Positions 1 through 12,356 of a DNA stretch of 64,000 bases are shown here, piece by piece. Each line of letters starts with the position of its first letter. Position 1 is the stretch's first letter. The notes beneath the pieces were generated by a model. The model made no database searches. It had not been told where the DNA came from and was given only the letters and a program-made list of their open reading frames with translations. The DNA is from Brevibacterium luteolum (GTDB taxonomy: Bacteria > Actinomycetota > Actinomycetes > Actinomycetales > Brevibacteriaceae): NCBI RefSeq assembly GCF_013004595.1, contig NZ_JABEMC010000001.1:124001-188000 (forward strand), given 5' to 3'. The translations under genes and the position numbers were made by a program.

Positions 1-2
1 CG

Positions 3-2032
<2,030 letters not shown>

Positions 2033-2142
2033 GCGGCGACGCGGTGGAGCCAGCGCGAGTGGTGCACTGGCTTCAGCAGATCACCTGACCGCTCGGACCG
2101 TCACACCTCAGCTGTCCGCCCACTGGGTGGTCCGGCCACTGG

Positions 2143-2205
2143 GAACGTTAGAAAAGTTGTTCATGGTGTGAGGGCTCCAAGCCATGAATAACTTTTCCAA
2201 CTTTC
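2143..2205. terminator. AT-rich 24-bp imperfect inverted repeat between convergent genes
   Basis: gaacgttagaaaagttgttcatgg (2143-2166) / ccatgaataacttttccaactttc (2182-2205). Confidence 0.5.
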
Positions 2206-2298
2206 AGCCACCGGCACGCGGGACCGGTCTCGCCGGTGTGCAGGTATGGGGCCACCGTGTCGCTTGCCGGTCCGCTGTGACCAGCTCCGCCGCCGGCC

Positions 2299-3177
2299 CT
2301 AGAGCTTTGCGGCGTTGGCGCGCAGGTGCTCGGTCTCGTCGACGTTGCCGTAGCTGGGTTCGTGGCGCTTGAAGACCTTGATGACCTGGTACGTCAGCGG
2401 CAGGCACAGCACCTCGACCGCGACCTTGTAGACGAAGCCGACGATGATGTAGACGATGAAGTCGCTGCCGGGGATGACACCGGCGAAGGCGATCGTGCAG
2501 AACAGCAGTGTGTCGGCGAACTCGCCCACGCCGGTCGAGCACATCAGCCGCACCCACAGCCGTTTCTCGCCCATCGCCCGCTTGACGCGCACGAGCACAT
2601 AGGAGTTCAGCAGCTGCCCGACCACATAGCCGACGAGTGAGGCGAGCACGATCCGCGGGTAGAAGCCGAGCACGGCTTCGAAAGCCGCCTGGTTCTCATA
2701 GCCGGGCCCAGGCGGTGAGATGAGGACGAGCCAGAAGACGAAGCTGGCGACGATTTGGAGCGCGAAGCCGGTGATGACGGCTTTGCGGGCGGCGGCGAAG
2801 CCGTAGACCTCGCTGATGACGTCGCCGAGGATGTAGGCGATCGGGAAGAGGAAGGCGCCGCCGTCGGTGACGATCGGCCCGAAGCCGATGACCTTGGTCG
2901 CGGAGATGTTCGAGACGATGAGGACGACGCAGAAGACGGCCAGCACGATCGCGTAATACCGGCCGCGGGAGGTGGCGAAGGCGGCCAGCCGGGTGCCGGC
3001 GCCGCTGGGTTCCGCTCCCGAGGCGGTGGCTGGGTGGGCCGTACCCGAGGCGGTGGCGGGGTTCGCAGGGGTGGGGGACTGGGTGTTTACCGCCGGGTGC
3101 TCGCTGTGCGGACCCGGCTGCCCAGATGCAGCAGGCTTGTTGATGTTCTCAGGGTTCAACGGTGATCTCCTGTCCAT
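2299..3177 (-). CDS. yhhQ: queuosine precursor transporter (YhhQ/VUT family)
   Basis: SNISATK, FLFPIAYILGDVISEVYG, RIVLAS, GEFADT motifs; near tgt; start uncertain. Confidence 0.85.
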   Translation of the reverse strand: MDRRSPLNPENINKPAASGQPGPHSEHPAVNTQSPTPANPATASGTAHPATASGAEPSGAGTRLAAFATSRGRYYAIVLAVFCVVLIVSNISATKVIGFGPIVTDGGAFLFPIAYILGDVISEVYGFAAARKAVITGFALQIVASFVFWLVLISPPGPGYENQAAFEAVLGFYPRIVLASLVGYVVGQLLNSYVLVRVKRAMGEKRLWVRLMCSTGVGEFADTLLFCTIAFAGVIPGSDFIVYIIVGFVYKVAVEVLCLPLTYQVIKVFKRHEPSYGNVDETEHLRANAAKL

Positions 3178-3616
3178 TCGTCAGAGTGATGAGCTGGTCA
3201 TAGGTCATGGGCATCATCGAGTCGGCAGTGCCGCCGGCGGCCCACAGTTCGGGGTAGTCGCGCAGCGCGACGTCGATGTAGGTGCGCACGGGGGCAGGGT
3301 GGCCGCACGGGGCGACCCCGCCGATCACCTGGCCGGTCGCCGACTTCACCAGGTCCGCACTCGCCCGGCCGAGCTTCTTGGCACCGATGATGCCTGCGAC
3401 ATGGTCGGTGTCGACACGGTGGCGGCCCGAGGTCATGATGAGCACCGCCTCGCCGTCGGCGTCGAAGATGAGGCTGTTGGCGATCGCCCCGATCTCGACG
3501 CCGAGGTAGGCGGCAGCGGCCTTGGCAGTGTTCGTCTGCTCGGTTAAGAGCGTGATCTCCGCGTCGATGCCGGCGGCCTCAAGGTCCCGGGCGACGGCGG
3601 TGTTGCGTGCGTGCAT
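3149..3616 (-). CDS. YbaK/EbsC family aminoacyl-tRNA deacylase
   Basis: IANSLIF, ATGQVIGGVAPCGH, WAAGG motifs. Confidence 0.85.
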   Translation of the reverse strand: MHARNTAVARDLEAAGIDAEITLLTEQTNTAKAAAAYLGVEIGAIANSLIFDADGEAVLIMTSGRHRVDTDHVAGIIGAKKLGRASADLVKSATGQVIGGVAPCGHPAPVRTYIDVALRDYPELWAAGGTADSMMPMTYDQLITLTNGQEITVEP

Positions 3617-3655
3617 GGTGTCCTTTCTCAGGTCGTGGCAGGGATGGCAGTGGTG

Positions 3656-5794
3656 TCAGTCAGCGGTCTCGTGGCGCGGGGCGAAGCCGCGGCGGCGCAG
3701 CAGCGGTTTGACGTCGGGTGCCTGGCCGAAGAAGTCGGTGAAGGTCTCCATCGGATCAGTCGAGAAGCCAGGTGCCAGCACTGCCCGGCGGAAGGCGTCA
3801 CCGGCCTTGGGGTTGAGTCCGCCCTGTTCTTCGAACCATTCGGTGGCGAACGCGGCGAGCATCTCGGCCTGCATGTAGGCGTAGTAACCGGCGGCATAAC
3901 CGCTGGTGAAGATGTGCGAGAAGTACGTTGTGCGGTAGCGCGGCGGCACGAGCGGGGAGAAGTGCGCCGCCTCCAGCACCGCGGTTTCGAAGGTCAGCAC
4001 ATCATCGACGCGCTCGCCGGCTTCGAGCAGGTGCCAGCTCTGGTCGAGCAGGGCCGCTGCGAGGTATTCGATCGTGTCGAACCCGGCACCGAAGTCATCG
4101 GCTTCCCGGATCCGCTCGACGAGCGCCTCGGGGATCGGCTCCCCGGTCTCGACGTGACGGGCGTAGTGCGGCAGCACCTGCGGGTGCAGCGCCCACATCT
4201 CGTTGAGCTGGGAGGGGAACTCGACGTAGTCGCGCGGGACTGCGGTGCCGGCCCGATCCGGGTAGGTGCTGTCGGAGAACAGGCCGTGGAAGACGTGGCC
4301 GAACTCGTGGAACAGGGTGCGCACCTCGTCCATGCTCAACAGGCACGGCTGCCCGGCAGCTGGCCGGGTGATGTTCATCGTCATCGAGATGATCGGCAGC
4401 TCACCGGTCAGCCGGCCCGGCGAGACGAGCTGGTCCATCCACGCTCCGCCGCGCTTGCCGTCGCGGGCGAACGGGTCGACGCAGATGAGGCCGATGACCC
4501 GGTCGTTCTCGACCGCCTCGTAGACGGTGACGTCCGGATGCCAGGCCTTGACCGGCTCCCCGCTCTCATCAGTGGCGGGCCGGAACTCGACGCCGTAGAG
4601 CCGGCCGGCGGCATAGAAGACACCGTCGTGCAGCACCCGGTTGAGCTCGAAGTAGGCGGCCACCTGCTGCGGGTCGAGGGAGTAGCGCTCGCTCTGCAGC
4701 CGCTGCAGCCAGTAGCGCACGTCGGCTGGGGCGATCTGCTCGGGTGCGAACTGCTCGTGGATCGCGGCGATCTCAGCCTCGAAGGTCTGGCGGGCCGGGT
4801 TGAGGACACCGGCGAGCAGGTCGCCGACGGCATCGGGGCTGTCGGCGGTCTCATCGTCGATGGTGTATTCGGCGAAGCTGCGGAAGCCCAGCAGCTGGGC
4901 GAGCTCGGCGCGCAGCGCGGTGATGTCGCTGACGATCTGCCGGGTGTCATGCTCCCCGCCGCGGCAGCCGCGGGCGATCGAATGCTCGAAGATCCGCTGC
5001 CGGGAGGCCGGCTCATGCAGCTGCGCCAGCTGCGGCTGCTGGGTGAAGTTCAGCAGCGGCAGCACATACCCGCCCTGCCCGTCACCGTCCGCACCGGCGC
5101 GTTCGGCAGCAGCCTGGACGGCCGCCTCGGGCAGCCCGGTGAGCTCTTCGGCGTTCTCGAAGTGCACGGCCAGCGCCGAGGTGTCAGCAGCCAGGTGCCG
5201 GGAGAAGGCCTTCTCCAACCGGTCGAGTTCGGCAGACAGTTCAGCGACCCGTTCCCGCTCCGCGTCATCAAGGCGCACGCCGGTGCGCACGAAGTCGCGG
5301 ATGAGCAGCTCATGATGGCGTTTGTCCTCGGGGTTGAGATCACTGGTCGGCACGGCTTCGAGCCGGGCGAACAGAGAACCGTTGAGCAGCAGTTCCAGGC
5401 GTGAGCGCACGAGCTGCTGGGAGGCAGCGGCCAGGGCGGTGCCGAACTCCTCGGTCTGCAGGTTCGACTCGAACAGTCGCATGAGCGCCTGCAGCCGGAA
5501 CGCCGGTTCCTTGGCCCGGTCGATGCGGATGGTCGTGTTCGTCAGCGACGGCTCCTCAGTCTGCGCGAGGATCGCGGCGACTGCCTGCCGCTGGGCGGCG
5601 ACCACCGCCTCGGCGGCGGTCGTGAAGTGACCCGGCTCGATCGCGGCGACATCGGGCAGCCGCAGCCCGACCGGACCGTGGATGTAGTCGAGCACCGGAT
5701 TCGACCCCGGCGCGGTCACCGGCGTTGAGGCCAGCGCCGTTCCGTCATTCGGCGGCGTGGGCTCGGACGCGGCGGGGTGACCGTCGGAATGCAC
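3656..5794 (-). CDS. dcp: M3 family metallopeptidase (peptidyl-dipeptidase Dcp)
   Basis: HEFGH zinc motif, KRGGAWM, DYVEFPSQ, GYAAGYY; GTG at 5794 preceded by GAAGGAG RBS. Confidence 0.9.
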   Translation of the reverse strand: MHSDGHPAASEPTPPNDGTALASTPVTAPGSNPVLDYIHGPVGLRLPDVAAIEPGHFTTAAEAVVAAQRQAVAAILAQTEEPSLTNTTIRIDRAKEPAFRLQALMRLFESNLQTEEFGTALAAASQQLVRSRLELLLNGSLFARLEAVPTSDLNPEDKRHHELLIRDFVRTGVRLDDAERERVAELSAELDRLEKAFSRHLAADTSALAVHFENAEELTGLPEAAVQAAAERAGADGDGQGGYVLPLLNFTQQPQLAQLHEPASRQRIFEHSIARGCRGGEHDTRQIVSDITALRAELAQLLGFRSFAEYTIDDETADSPDAVGDLLAGVLNPARQTFEAEIAAIHEQFAPEQIAPADVRYWLQRLQSERYSLDPQQVAAYFELNRVLHDGVFYAAGRLYGVEFRPATDESGEPVKAWHPDVTVYEAVENDRVIGLICVDPFARDGKRGGAWMDQLVSPGRLTGELPIISMTMNITRPAAGQPCLLSMDEVRTLFHEFGHVFHGLFSDSTYPDRAGTAVPRDYVEFPSQLNEMWALHPQVLPHYARHVETGEPIPEALVERIREADDFGAGFDTIEYLAAALLDQSWHLLEAGERVDDVLTFETAVLEAAHFSPLVPPRYRTTYFSHIFTSGYAAGYYAYMQAEMLAAFATEWFEEQGGLNPKAGDAFRRAVLAPGFSTDPMETFTDFFGQAPDVKPLLRRRGFAPRHETAD

Positions 5795-5842
5795 TGCGGA
5801 CTCCTTCTTCTGCGCGCTCAGCGCGCGCGTATGCTGGGACTG

Positions 5843-7099
5843 ATGAGTGAGGACGACCGGGGCTTCGAGGGGTATCGGCGCGGGGAGCCGATGACGCGCA
5901 GGATCGAGATCGGCCTGCTCATGGCGGGCCTGGCGACCTTCACTCTGCTGTACAACACTCAGGCCATTCTGCCGTATTTCGTCCGCGACTACAGCATCTC
6001 CCCGACCAGCGCTGCGCTCTCCGTCTCCGCCGCCACCGCGGGCCTGGCCCTCGGGCTCATCGTGGCAGCACCGGTCAGCGAGCGGATCGGACGCGTGCGC
6101 CTCATCCGCTGGTCGCTGCTGCTGGCCTCCGTCCTCGGCATCGGTGTCGCCTTCGTCGACGACTGGTCGCTGTTCCTCGCCGCCCGCTTCGCCATGGGCG
6201 TGGTGCTCGCCGGCCTCCCGGCGACCGCAGCTGTCTACCTGCGCGAGGAGATCCACCCCTCCTATGCGACCTCGGCGACGGGTCTGTACATATTCGGCAC
6301 GACGATCGGCGGGCTGTCGGCCCGGCTCGTGACCACCGGCACGATCGACATCCTCGACCGCCTCGGACTGACCGAGGCGATGCCGCTGAGCCCCGCGCAC
6401 ATGGCACTGGCGGCAACCGCCGTCGTGTCGATCATCTGCGCGGCCGCCTGCTGGGCGCTGCTGCCCGAATCCCGCGGCTTCGAACCGCGCCATGAGTCCC
6501 CGCGCGAACTCATCGGCAGCTTCGGCCGGGCCTTCCGCGACCCGGTGCTGCTGGGCCTGTACCTCACCGGCGGGCTCGGCATGGGCGTGTTCGTCGGCGC
6601 CTTCAACGTCCTCGGCTTCCGCCTGGAGGCCGAACCGTACCTGCTCTCAATCGGCGCGATCGGCCTGCTCTACCTCATCTACCCGGTCGCCGGCACCGTC
6701 AGCGCACTCGCCGGCCGGGCCGCCGACCGGTATTCGCTGCGCTCGATCATGCCGTTCGGCTCGCTCATCGCGCTCATCGGCATCGGCCTGCTCATCACCC
6801 GCCCGCTCGTCGTCATCATCGCCGGCATGGCGGTGCTGGCGATGGGCTTCTTCATCATGCACTCACTGGCCTCAGCCTGGGTGGCGGTGCGCGCGAAGGC
6901 CTCGGTCGGGGTGCCGGCGCAGGCGGCATCGATGTACATGCTCTTCTACTACGGTGGCTCCTCGATCAACGGCAACCTGGCACCTGCCGCGTGGGAGCTC
7001 GGCGGCTGGGCCGGGGTGACGATCCTCATCGGCGCGATGATGGCCGCAGCCTTCGTCATCGCGCTGCTGCTCGGCCGCTCCCGGCCAGTCGTCACCTGA
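5843..7099 (+). CDS. MFS transporter (YnfM-like)
   Basis: ~12 TM segments, SERIGRVR motif A, YLREEI; TATGCT -10 box 7 nt before ATG 5843. Confidence 0.85.
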   Translation: MSEDDRGFEGYRRGEPMTRRIEIGLLMAGLATFTLLYNTQAILPYFVRDYSISPTSAALSVSAATAGLALGLIVAAPVSERIGRVRLIRWSLLLASVLGIGVAFVDDWSLFLAARFAMGVVLAGLPATAAVYLREEIHPSYATSATGLYIFGTTIGGLSARLVTTGTIDILDRLGLTEAMPLSPAHMALAATAVVSIICAAACWALLPESRGFEPRHESPRELIGSFGRAFRDPVLLGLYLTGGLGMGVFVGAFNVLGFRLEAEPYLLSIGAIGLLYLIYPVAGTVSALAGRAADRYSLRSIMPFGSLIALIGIGLLITRPLVVIIAGMAVLAMGFFIMHSLASAWVAVRAKASVGVPAQAASMYMLFYYGGSSINGNLAPAAWELGGWAGVTILIGAMMAAAFVIALLLGRSRPVVT

Positions 7100-7171
7100 G
7101 GTGCGCGGCGGGTTCTCCACCGCTCCCGAGGCGGTGGCTGGGTTGTGTGCGAATCCCCAGCTGATGCCTGT

Positions 7172-7187
7172 TGAGATCTGCATCACA
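7172..7187 (+). promoter_or_regulatory. putative CRP/GlxR site upstream of aldehyde dehydrogenase
   Basis: TGAGA-TCTGCA-TCACA, 9/10 match to TGTGA-N6-TCACA; TAGGGT -10-like at 7194. Confidence 0.55.
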
Positions 7188-7272
7188 CGCTCATAGGGTG
7201 AGGGTACGCCGCGCCCCTGCGGCCTGTAGCGGTGCTGTCGCACCCCTCCAACCGTCTCAATGAGGAGCATCC

Positions 7273-8796
7273 ATGACTGTCTATTCACAGCCGGGAACCG
7301 AGGGCGCCAAGGTCGCCTTCGAGTCGCGTTACGACAACTACATCGGCGGCGACTGGGTCAAGCCGGTCAAGGGGAACTACTTCGAGAACATCACACCGGT
7401 CACCGGCAAGGCCTTCACCGAGGTCGCACAGTCCACTGCCGAGGATGTCGAACTCGCCCTCGACGCCGCACACAAGGCCGCGCCGGCCTGGGGCAAGACC
7501 TCGGTGGCTGAGCGTGCGGTGATCCTGAATAAGATCGCCGACCGGATCGAGGAGAACCTCGAGATGCTCGCCGTCGCCGAGACGTGGGACAACGGCAAGG
7601 CGATCCGCGAGCCGCTCAACGCCGACCTGCCGCTGGCAGTCGACCACTTCCGCTACTTCGCCGGCGCCATCCGCGCCCAGGAGGGTGCGCTGTCCCAGAT
7701 CGATGAGGACACCGTCGCCTACCACTTCAAGGAGCCGCTCGGCGTCGTCGGCCAGATCATCCCGTGGAACTTCCCCATCCTCATGGCTGTCTGGAAGCTC
7801 GCCCCGGCACTGGCTGCCGGCAACTGTGTCGTCCTCAAGCCCGCCGAGCAGACCCCGGCTTCGATCATGGTGCTCGTCAACCTCATCGGCGACCTGCTGC
7901 CGCCCGGCGTCCTCAACGTCGTCAACGGCTTCGGCGTCGAGACCGGCAAGCCGCTGGCCTCGAACAAGCGCATCGCCAAGGTCGCGTTCACCGGTGAGAC
8001 CACCACTGGCCGGCTCATCATGCAGTACGCCTCCCAGAACCTCATCCCGGTGACCCTGGAGCTCGGCGGCAAGAGCCCGAACATCTTCTTCGAAGACGTC
8101 ATGGCCTCCAAGGACTCCTTCTACGACAAGGCGCTTGAGGGCTTCGCGATGTTCGGCCTCAACCAAGGCGAAGTCTGCACGTGCCCGTCGCGTGCACTCG
8201 TGCAGGAGTCGATCTTCGACGAGTTCGTCGAGGCTGGGCTCGAGCGCGTCAGAGCGATCAAGCAGGGCAACCCGCTCGATGATTCGATGCAGGTCGGTGC
8301 GCAGGCCTCGAACGACCAGTTCGAGAAGATCAAGTCCTACCTCGACATCGGCAAGCAGGAGGGCGCTGAGGTGCTCATCGGCGGTGAGGTGCTCGAACTC
8401 GACGGCGACTTAGCCGGCGGCTTCTATATCCAGCCGACGGTGTTCAAGGGTCAGAACTCGATGCGCATCTTCCAGGAGGAGATCTTCGGGCCCGTCGTCG
8501 CACTGACCTCGTTCAGCGACTACGACGATGCGATGTCGATCGCCAATGACACGCTCTACGGCCTCGGTGCCGGCGTGTGGAGCCGCAGCGGCAACGTCGC
8601 CTACCGCGCCGGCCGTGAGATCCAGGCCGGACGCGTGTGGGTGAACAACTACCACAACTATCCGGCGCATGCGGCCTTCGGCGGCTACAAGTCCTCGGGC
8701 ATCGGCCGGGAGAACCACCTCATGATGCTCGATCACTACCAGCAGACGAAGAACATGCTCGTCAGCTACTCAGAAGACGCCCTCGGCTTCTTCTGA
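7273..8796 (+). CDS. NAD-dependent aldehyde dehydrogenase (AldB/ExaC type)
   Basis: [43 protein letters not shown]. Confidence 0.95.
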   Translation: MTVYSQPGTEGAKVAFESRYDNYIGGDWVKPVKGNYFENITPVTGKAFTEVAQSTAEDVELALDAAHKAAPAWGKTSVAERAVILNKIADRIEENLEMLAVAETWDNGKAIREPLNADLPLAVDHFRYFAGAIRAQEGALSQIDEDTVAYHFKEPLGVVGQIIPWNFPILMAVWKLAPALAAGNCVVLKPAEQTPASIMVLVNLIGDLLPPGVLNVVNGFGVETGKPLASNKRIAKVAFTGETTTGRLIMQYASQNLIPVTLELGGKSPNIFFEDVMASKDSFYDKALEGFAMFGLNQGEVCTCPSRALVQESIFDEFVEAGLERVRAIKQGNPLDDSMQVGAQASNDQFEKIKSYLDIGKQEGAEVLIGGEVLELDGDLAGGFYIQPTVFKGQNSMRIFQEEIFGPVVALTSFSDYDDAMSIANDTLYGLGAGVWSRSGNVAYRAGREIQAGRVWVNNYHNYPAHAAFGGYKSSGIGRENHLMMLDHYQQTKNMLVSYSEDALGFF

Positions 8797-8948
8797 TCCT
8801 GCCATCTGCGACGGGCCGGGCTGGAACACAGCACCTGTGCCGGCCTGCGGTCAGACCGCTCGCCGACCCGCGGTCAGAACGCTCGCCGGCCCGGCTGCCG
8901 GCCCGTCGCAGCAGCACAGTGCACGCATGTGCACGGAGATGAGGTCCG

Positions 8949-9407
8949 ATGTCCGATGACACCACCGTCGCCGATGGAGCCGCCGCAGCGTCAGCCGATC
9001 CGGCCGTGCTCGACTCCGCGCCGACGATCGAGGGGGAGACCCGTTCACGGGTCGCCCTGACAGAGGCGGCCGTCGAGCTGCTCCAGCAGCTCATCGACCA
9101 GCACGGGGACCTGATGTTCCACCAGTCCGGCGGCTGCTGTGACGGGTCGACGCCGATGTGCTTCCCGGCCGGAGAGTTCCTCACCTCGGATGCCGACGTG
9201 CTGCTGGGCCGGTTCGAGATCCCACGACCGGCTGGCACCACCTCGGAGCTGGAGTTCTGGATGTCAGCCGAGCAGTTCAGCTACTGGAAGCACACACATC
9301 TGACCGTCGATGTCGTGCCCGGGCGCGGCGCCGGATTCAGCGTCGAGACGCCGACCGGCAAGCGGTTCCTCATCCGCTCGACCCTGATGGACGCCGACGA
9401 GAGCTGA
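8949..9407 (+). CDS. DUF779 family protein
   Basis: FHQSGGCCDGSTPMC and GRGAGFS motifs; typical partner downstream of AldB-type dehydrogenases. Confidence 0.85.
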   Translation: MSDDTTVADGAAAASADPAVLDSAPTIEGETRSRVALTEAAVELLQQLIDQHGDLMFHQSGGCCDGSTPMCFPAGEFLTSDADVLLGRFEIPRPAGTTSELEFWMSAEQFSYWKHTHLTVDVVPGRGAGFSVETPTGKRFLIRSTLMDADES

Positions 9408-9425
9408 CCGCACCGCCGGGACACG

Positions 9426-9463
9426 ACTGGGGGCCAAGAGAGTGAATCTCCTGGCCCCCAGTC
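9426..9463. terminator. hairpin between convergent genes
   Basis: gactgggggcca ... tggcccccagtc. Confidence 0.55.
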
Positions 9464-9558
9464 AGCTGCCCGCCTGTGCGCCTGCCGCCTGTGCGCCCGC
9501 CAGCCCGCGCGCCTGCCCGCCCGCTCGGTGCTGCGGAATTGCGGTGCTGCGCTCACGC

Positions 9559-11028
9559 TCAGTCGAGTGCGGAGAGCTCCTGCCACTCATCCCAGTCGTA
9601 GACCCAATCGGAGACGTCTGAGGACTCCTTCGACAGGGACACCGAGGAGCCTTTGACGATGACCGGGTCGCCGTAGATCGCGGAGTCGTAGTACTCCTTG
9701 GCCCGCTCATTGGTGAGGTTGATGCAGCCGTGCGAGACGTTCGCCGAGCCCTGTGAGCCGGCTGACCACGGTGCACCGTGGATGAACTCGCCGTTGTTGT
9801 GGATGCGCACCGCCCAGCGCACTGGCGTCGAGTACCCCCAGCGCTCCGAGGTCATCGTGTAGTTCGCCGCTTTCGACATGACGATGTGGGTGCCGTTGAA
9901 CGAGGGTGAGCGTGCCGCGCCGAGCGAGGCGGGGTAGTCCGTGATCGTCTCATCTCCGCGGGTGACGATCATCCGGTGCGTCTTGGCATCGGCGGTCGTG
10001 GTCTGCTCACGGCCGATCGAGAAGTCCAGCGAGACGTCCTTCTCACCGAAGCGCGTCTGCGAGAACGGCACGTCCTCCAGGGCCATCGTCACCTTGACCT
10101 TCGAGTGCTCCGGCCAGAACTCCTTGGGCCGGTAGTGCACCCGCGAGATCCCGTCGGTGTCGTAGAGCCAGCCCCACGAGCCCTCGACCTCGCGCTCCTT
10201 GCCGTCCTCGTCGGTGACTTTCACGGACAGCCGGTGTTCGATGTCATCGCGGTAGGACTCGGGCACGGTCGCACCGATGTTCACGATGATCGGGGCGGCC
10301 ACGCCGACCTCCTGGTCATCGCCGATGACGGTGAAGATCCGCGCCGAACGGCCCTGCGGTTCGGTCGTCGTGATCGTCCCGGAAGCCTCATGCGTGGCAC
10401 CATCCGGGGCGACGGTCGTCGCCTTCCACTCGTACTCGGCGTTGCCGGCCAGCCCATAGCTGGAGACCCAGCGGGTGCCCTGAGGATCGGCATCGCCGCC
10501 GCTGTCAGTGCTGTTGTTGCGGTCAGTGCTGGCGCCGCTGGGCGTGCCGTCTTCGCTGGGAGTCGCGTCTGCGTCTGAAGCGCTGCCGCCGGCGTTGGCG
10601 CTCTCAGTCTCCGTCGCCGAGGCGGTGGCCGGCGCGCTCGGATCGCTTCCCTGGGCGCCGGAGTCGAAGGTGCCGTCGACGCTCACCTCGGGGTGGTCGG
10701 CGTCGGTGACGGTGACCTCGGTGAATTCGCCGCCGGACACGGTCAGTGCGAAATGCCCGCTGGGGTCGAGTTCGATGCTCTTACCATCAGCATCGGCTGC
10801 GCCGGTGGTGCTGTCTGCCTCGGGTGTGCCGCCGGCGCCCGTCGCCGAGGTGGGTGTGGGGGAGGCGTCGTCATCATCGACGACCGAGACCGTCACCTCG
10901 GGTGCGGGATGCGGGTCCGCGCTCGGAGCTGCCGCGGATCGGCGCTCGGCATCGGGTGTCGCAGTGCAGGCGGCGAGGGCGATGGCGAGTGAGGCGCTGA
11001 GGCCGGCAACGAGGGGGCGGCGGAGCAT
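9559..11028 (-). CDS. L,D-transpeptidase lipoprotein
   Basis: lipobox LAAC; Ig-like domain (YRPKEFWP); HGAPWS...SHGCIN catalytic motif. Confidence 0.9.
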   Translation of the reverse strand: MLRRPLVAGLSASLAIALAACTATPDAERRSAAAPSADPHPAPEVTVSVVDDDDASPTPTSATGAGGTPEADSTTGAADADGKSIELDPSGHFALTVSGGEFTEVTVTDADHPEVSVDGTFDSGAQGSDPSAPATASATETESANAGGSASDADATPSEDGTPSGASTDRNNSTDSGGDADPQGTRWVSSYGLAGNAEYEWKATTVAPDGATHEASGTITTTEPQGRSARIFTVIGDDQEVGVAAPIIVNIGATVPESYRDDIEHRLSVKVTDEDGKEREVEGSWGWLYDTDGISRVHYRPKEFWPEHSKVKVTMALEDVPFSQTRFGEKDVSLDFSIGREQTTTADAKTHRMIVTRGDETITDYPASLGAARSPSFNGTHIVMSKAANYTMTSERWGYSTPVRWAVRIHNNGEFIHGAPWSAGSQGSANVSHGCINLTNERAKEYYDSAIYGDPVIVKGSSVSLSKESSDVSDWVYDWDEWQELSALD

Positions 11029-11239
11029 GAGGGACCTTTCTCATGGCAGGAAAGACGGTGCACAGTCGCAGAACTGCGAGGGCAGGAATGGGAAAGCGAC
11101 AGCACAAATATAGGAAGCGCGATGTAACGGCTGTGGAACAATGCGCGCTCTCAGCCCGCCGATCGGCGAGCAGCTGGCATGTGACCAGCACAAACAATGC
11201 GGAGGGTTGTTGCGCAATTGTGACAGCGCATGAATGCGA

Positions 11240-11328
11240 GGACTCCCCGTGCACCCGCCAGAGCTCGCTTACCCTTGCTGCCTTCCGGCCCTGGGGGAGT
11301 TCACAAGATGACGCCACACGGGGAGCCG
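11240..11328 (-). ncRNA. ffs: SRP RNA (4.5S)
   Basis: minus strand GGCTCCCCGTG...CAGGGCCGGAAGGCAGCAAGGG...CACGGGGAGTC: conserved domain IV GGAA tetraloop and closing stem; TAGACT -10 at 11340-11335. Confidence 0.9.
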
Positions 11329-11431
11329 CATAACAGTCTAGACCAGGCAGGGACCGAACCAAAAACGCCTGAGCCGGCCACCGCCTCGGAAACGAAAGAC
11401 GGGCGACAGCGGACGGGCTACAGTGAGGGTG

Positions 11432-11518
11432 TCGACAGGGGAGTGCCCGCGCGGGCACTGAGAGTGCGCAGACAGACCCTAGGAACCTGATCCGGGTGAT
11501 ACCGGCGGAGGGAGATCA
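11432..11518 (+). promoter_or_regulatory. TPP riboswitch
   Basis: GGGGAG...CTGAGA...ACCC...GAACCTGATCCGGGTGATACCGGCGGAGGGA directly before tenA; TACAGT -10 at 11419. Confidence 0.9.
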
Positions 11519-11519
11519 C

Positions 11520-12215
11520 ATGACACAGATTCAGACGACCATTCACGTTGCGGCCGATTCCCCGGTCGGGCGGCTGCGGCTCGGCGACAGCGCCGGGCAG
11601 TGGGACGCCGCAGTCGGGCACCGATTCGTCGACGAGCTGTTCGCAGGCACCATCGACGATGCGGTGCTGGCGGGCTACCTCGTGCAGGACTATCAGTTCT
11701 TCGACGTGTTCCTCTCGATGCTCGGCGGGTGTGTGGCCTACGCCGACCGACTCGACTCCAAGCTGCGGTTCGCCGCCCAGCTTGGGATGCTCGCAGCCGA
11801 TGAGGACGGATACTTCCAGCAGGCCTTCTCGCAGCTCGGGGTGACCGAGGACGACTGGCAGAACCCGCAGCTTTCGCGCGCGGCCGTCGGGTTCCAGGCC
11901 GAGATGTACGATGCGGTTGCACAGGCCGAGTACGCAGACCTGCTCGTCATGCTCGTCATCGCCGAGTGGCTCTACCTCGACTGGGGTGAGCGCGATGCTC
12001 CGCTGCCCGAACATTATGTGCACTCCGAATGGATCGAGCTGCATCGCGGGGAGGCGTTCAGCTCGTGGTGCCAGTTCCTCGTCGATGAGCTCAACCGCGT
12101 ATGGCCGGCCGCCGAGGCCGCAGGTCGAGCCGCGGAGCTCACCGCCCGCTGGGAGCGCACGGTCGCCCTGGAACTCGACTTCTTCGACGTCACCTACGAG
12201 AGTCGCGACAGCTGA
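11520..12215 (+). CDS. tenA: TenA family thiamine-salvage protein (TenA_E-like)
   Basis: HRFV, YLVQDYQF, EWLYLDWG, EWIELH, ELDFFD; under TPP riboswitch. Confidence 0.85.
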   Translation: MTQIQTTIHVAADSPVGRLRLGDSAGQWDAAVGHRFVDELFAGTIDDAVLAGYLVQDYQFFDVFLSMLGGCVAYADRLDSKLRFAAQLGMLAADEDGYFQQAFSQLGVTEDDWQNPQLSRAAVGFQAEMYDAVAQAEYADLLVMLVIAEWLYLDWGERDAPLPEHYVHSEWIELHRGEAFSSWCQFLVDELNRVWPAAEAAGRAAELTARWERTVALELDFFDVTYESRDS

Positions 12216-12356
12216 CCGGCACGAGGGCCGCGTCGACTGAGCCGGTGACGTGTGTCGGGGAGGTCTCGCCGACCGTGCCAGCGAAGCGATCGGGCGGGCT
12301 GGGGGAGAACTTCCAGCCCGCCCGTTCGTGATCAGAGGTCGTTCAGCCTGCGCGGT

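Noticed and set aside
3178..3660. preQ1 riboswitch upstream of yhhQ
   Set aside because: The region is occupied by the ybaK CDS and no preQ1 consensus was seen.
3611..5404. Long antisense or alternate-frame ORFs (also 569..1825, 12252..13544, 29191..30606, 47451..48755, 50071..51420, 54148..55368)
   Set aside because: Shadows of well-supported genes, expected in high-GC DNA; no recognisable motifs.
5795..6493. N-terminal extension of the 945-aa ORF 3656..6493
   Set aside because: Antisense to the MFS gene; a good RBS and GTG at 5794 define the Dcp start.
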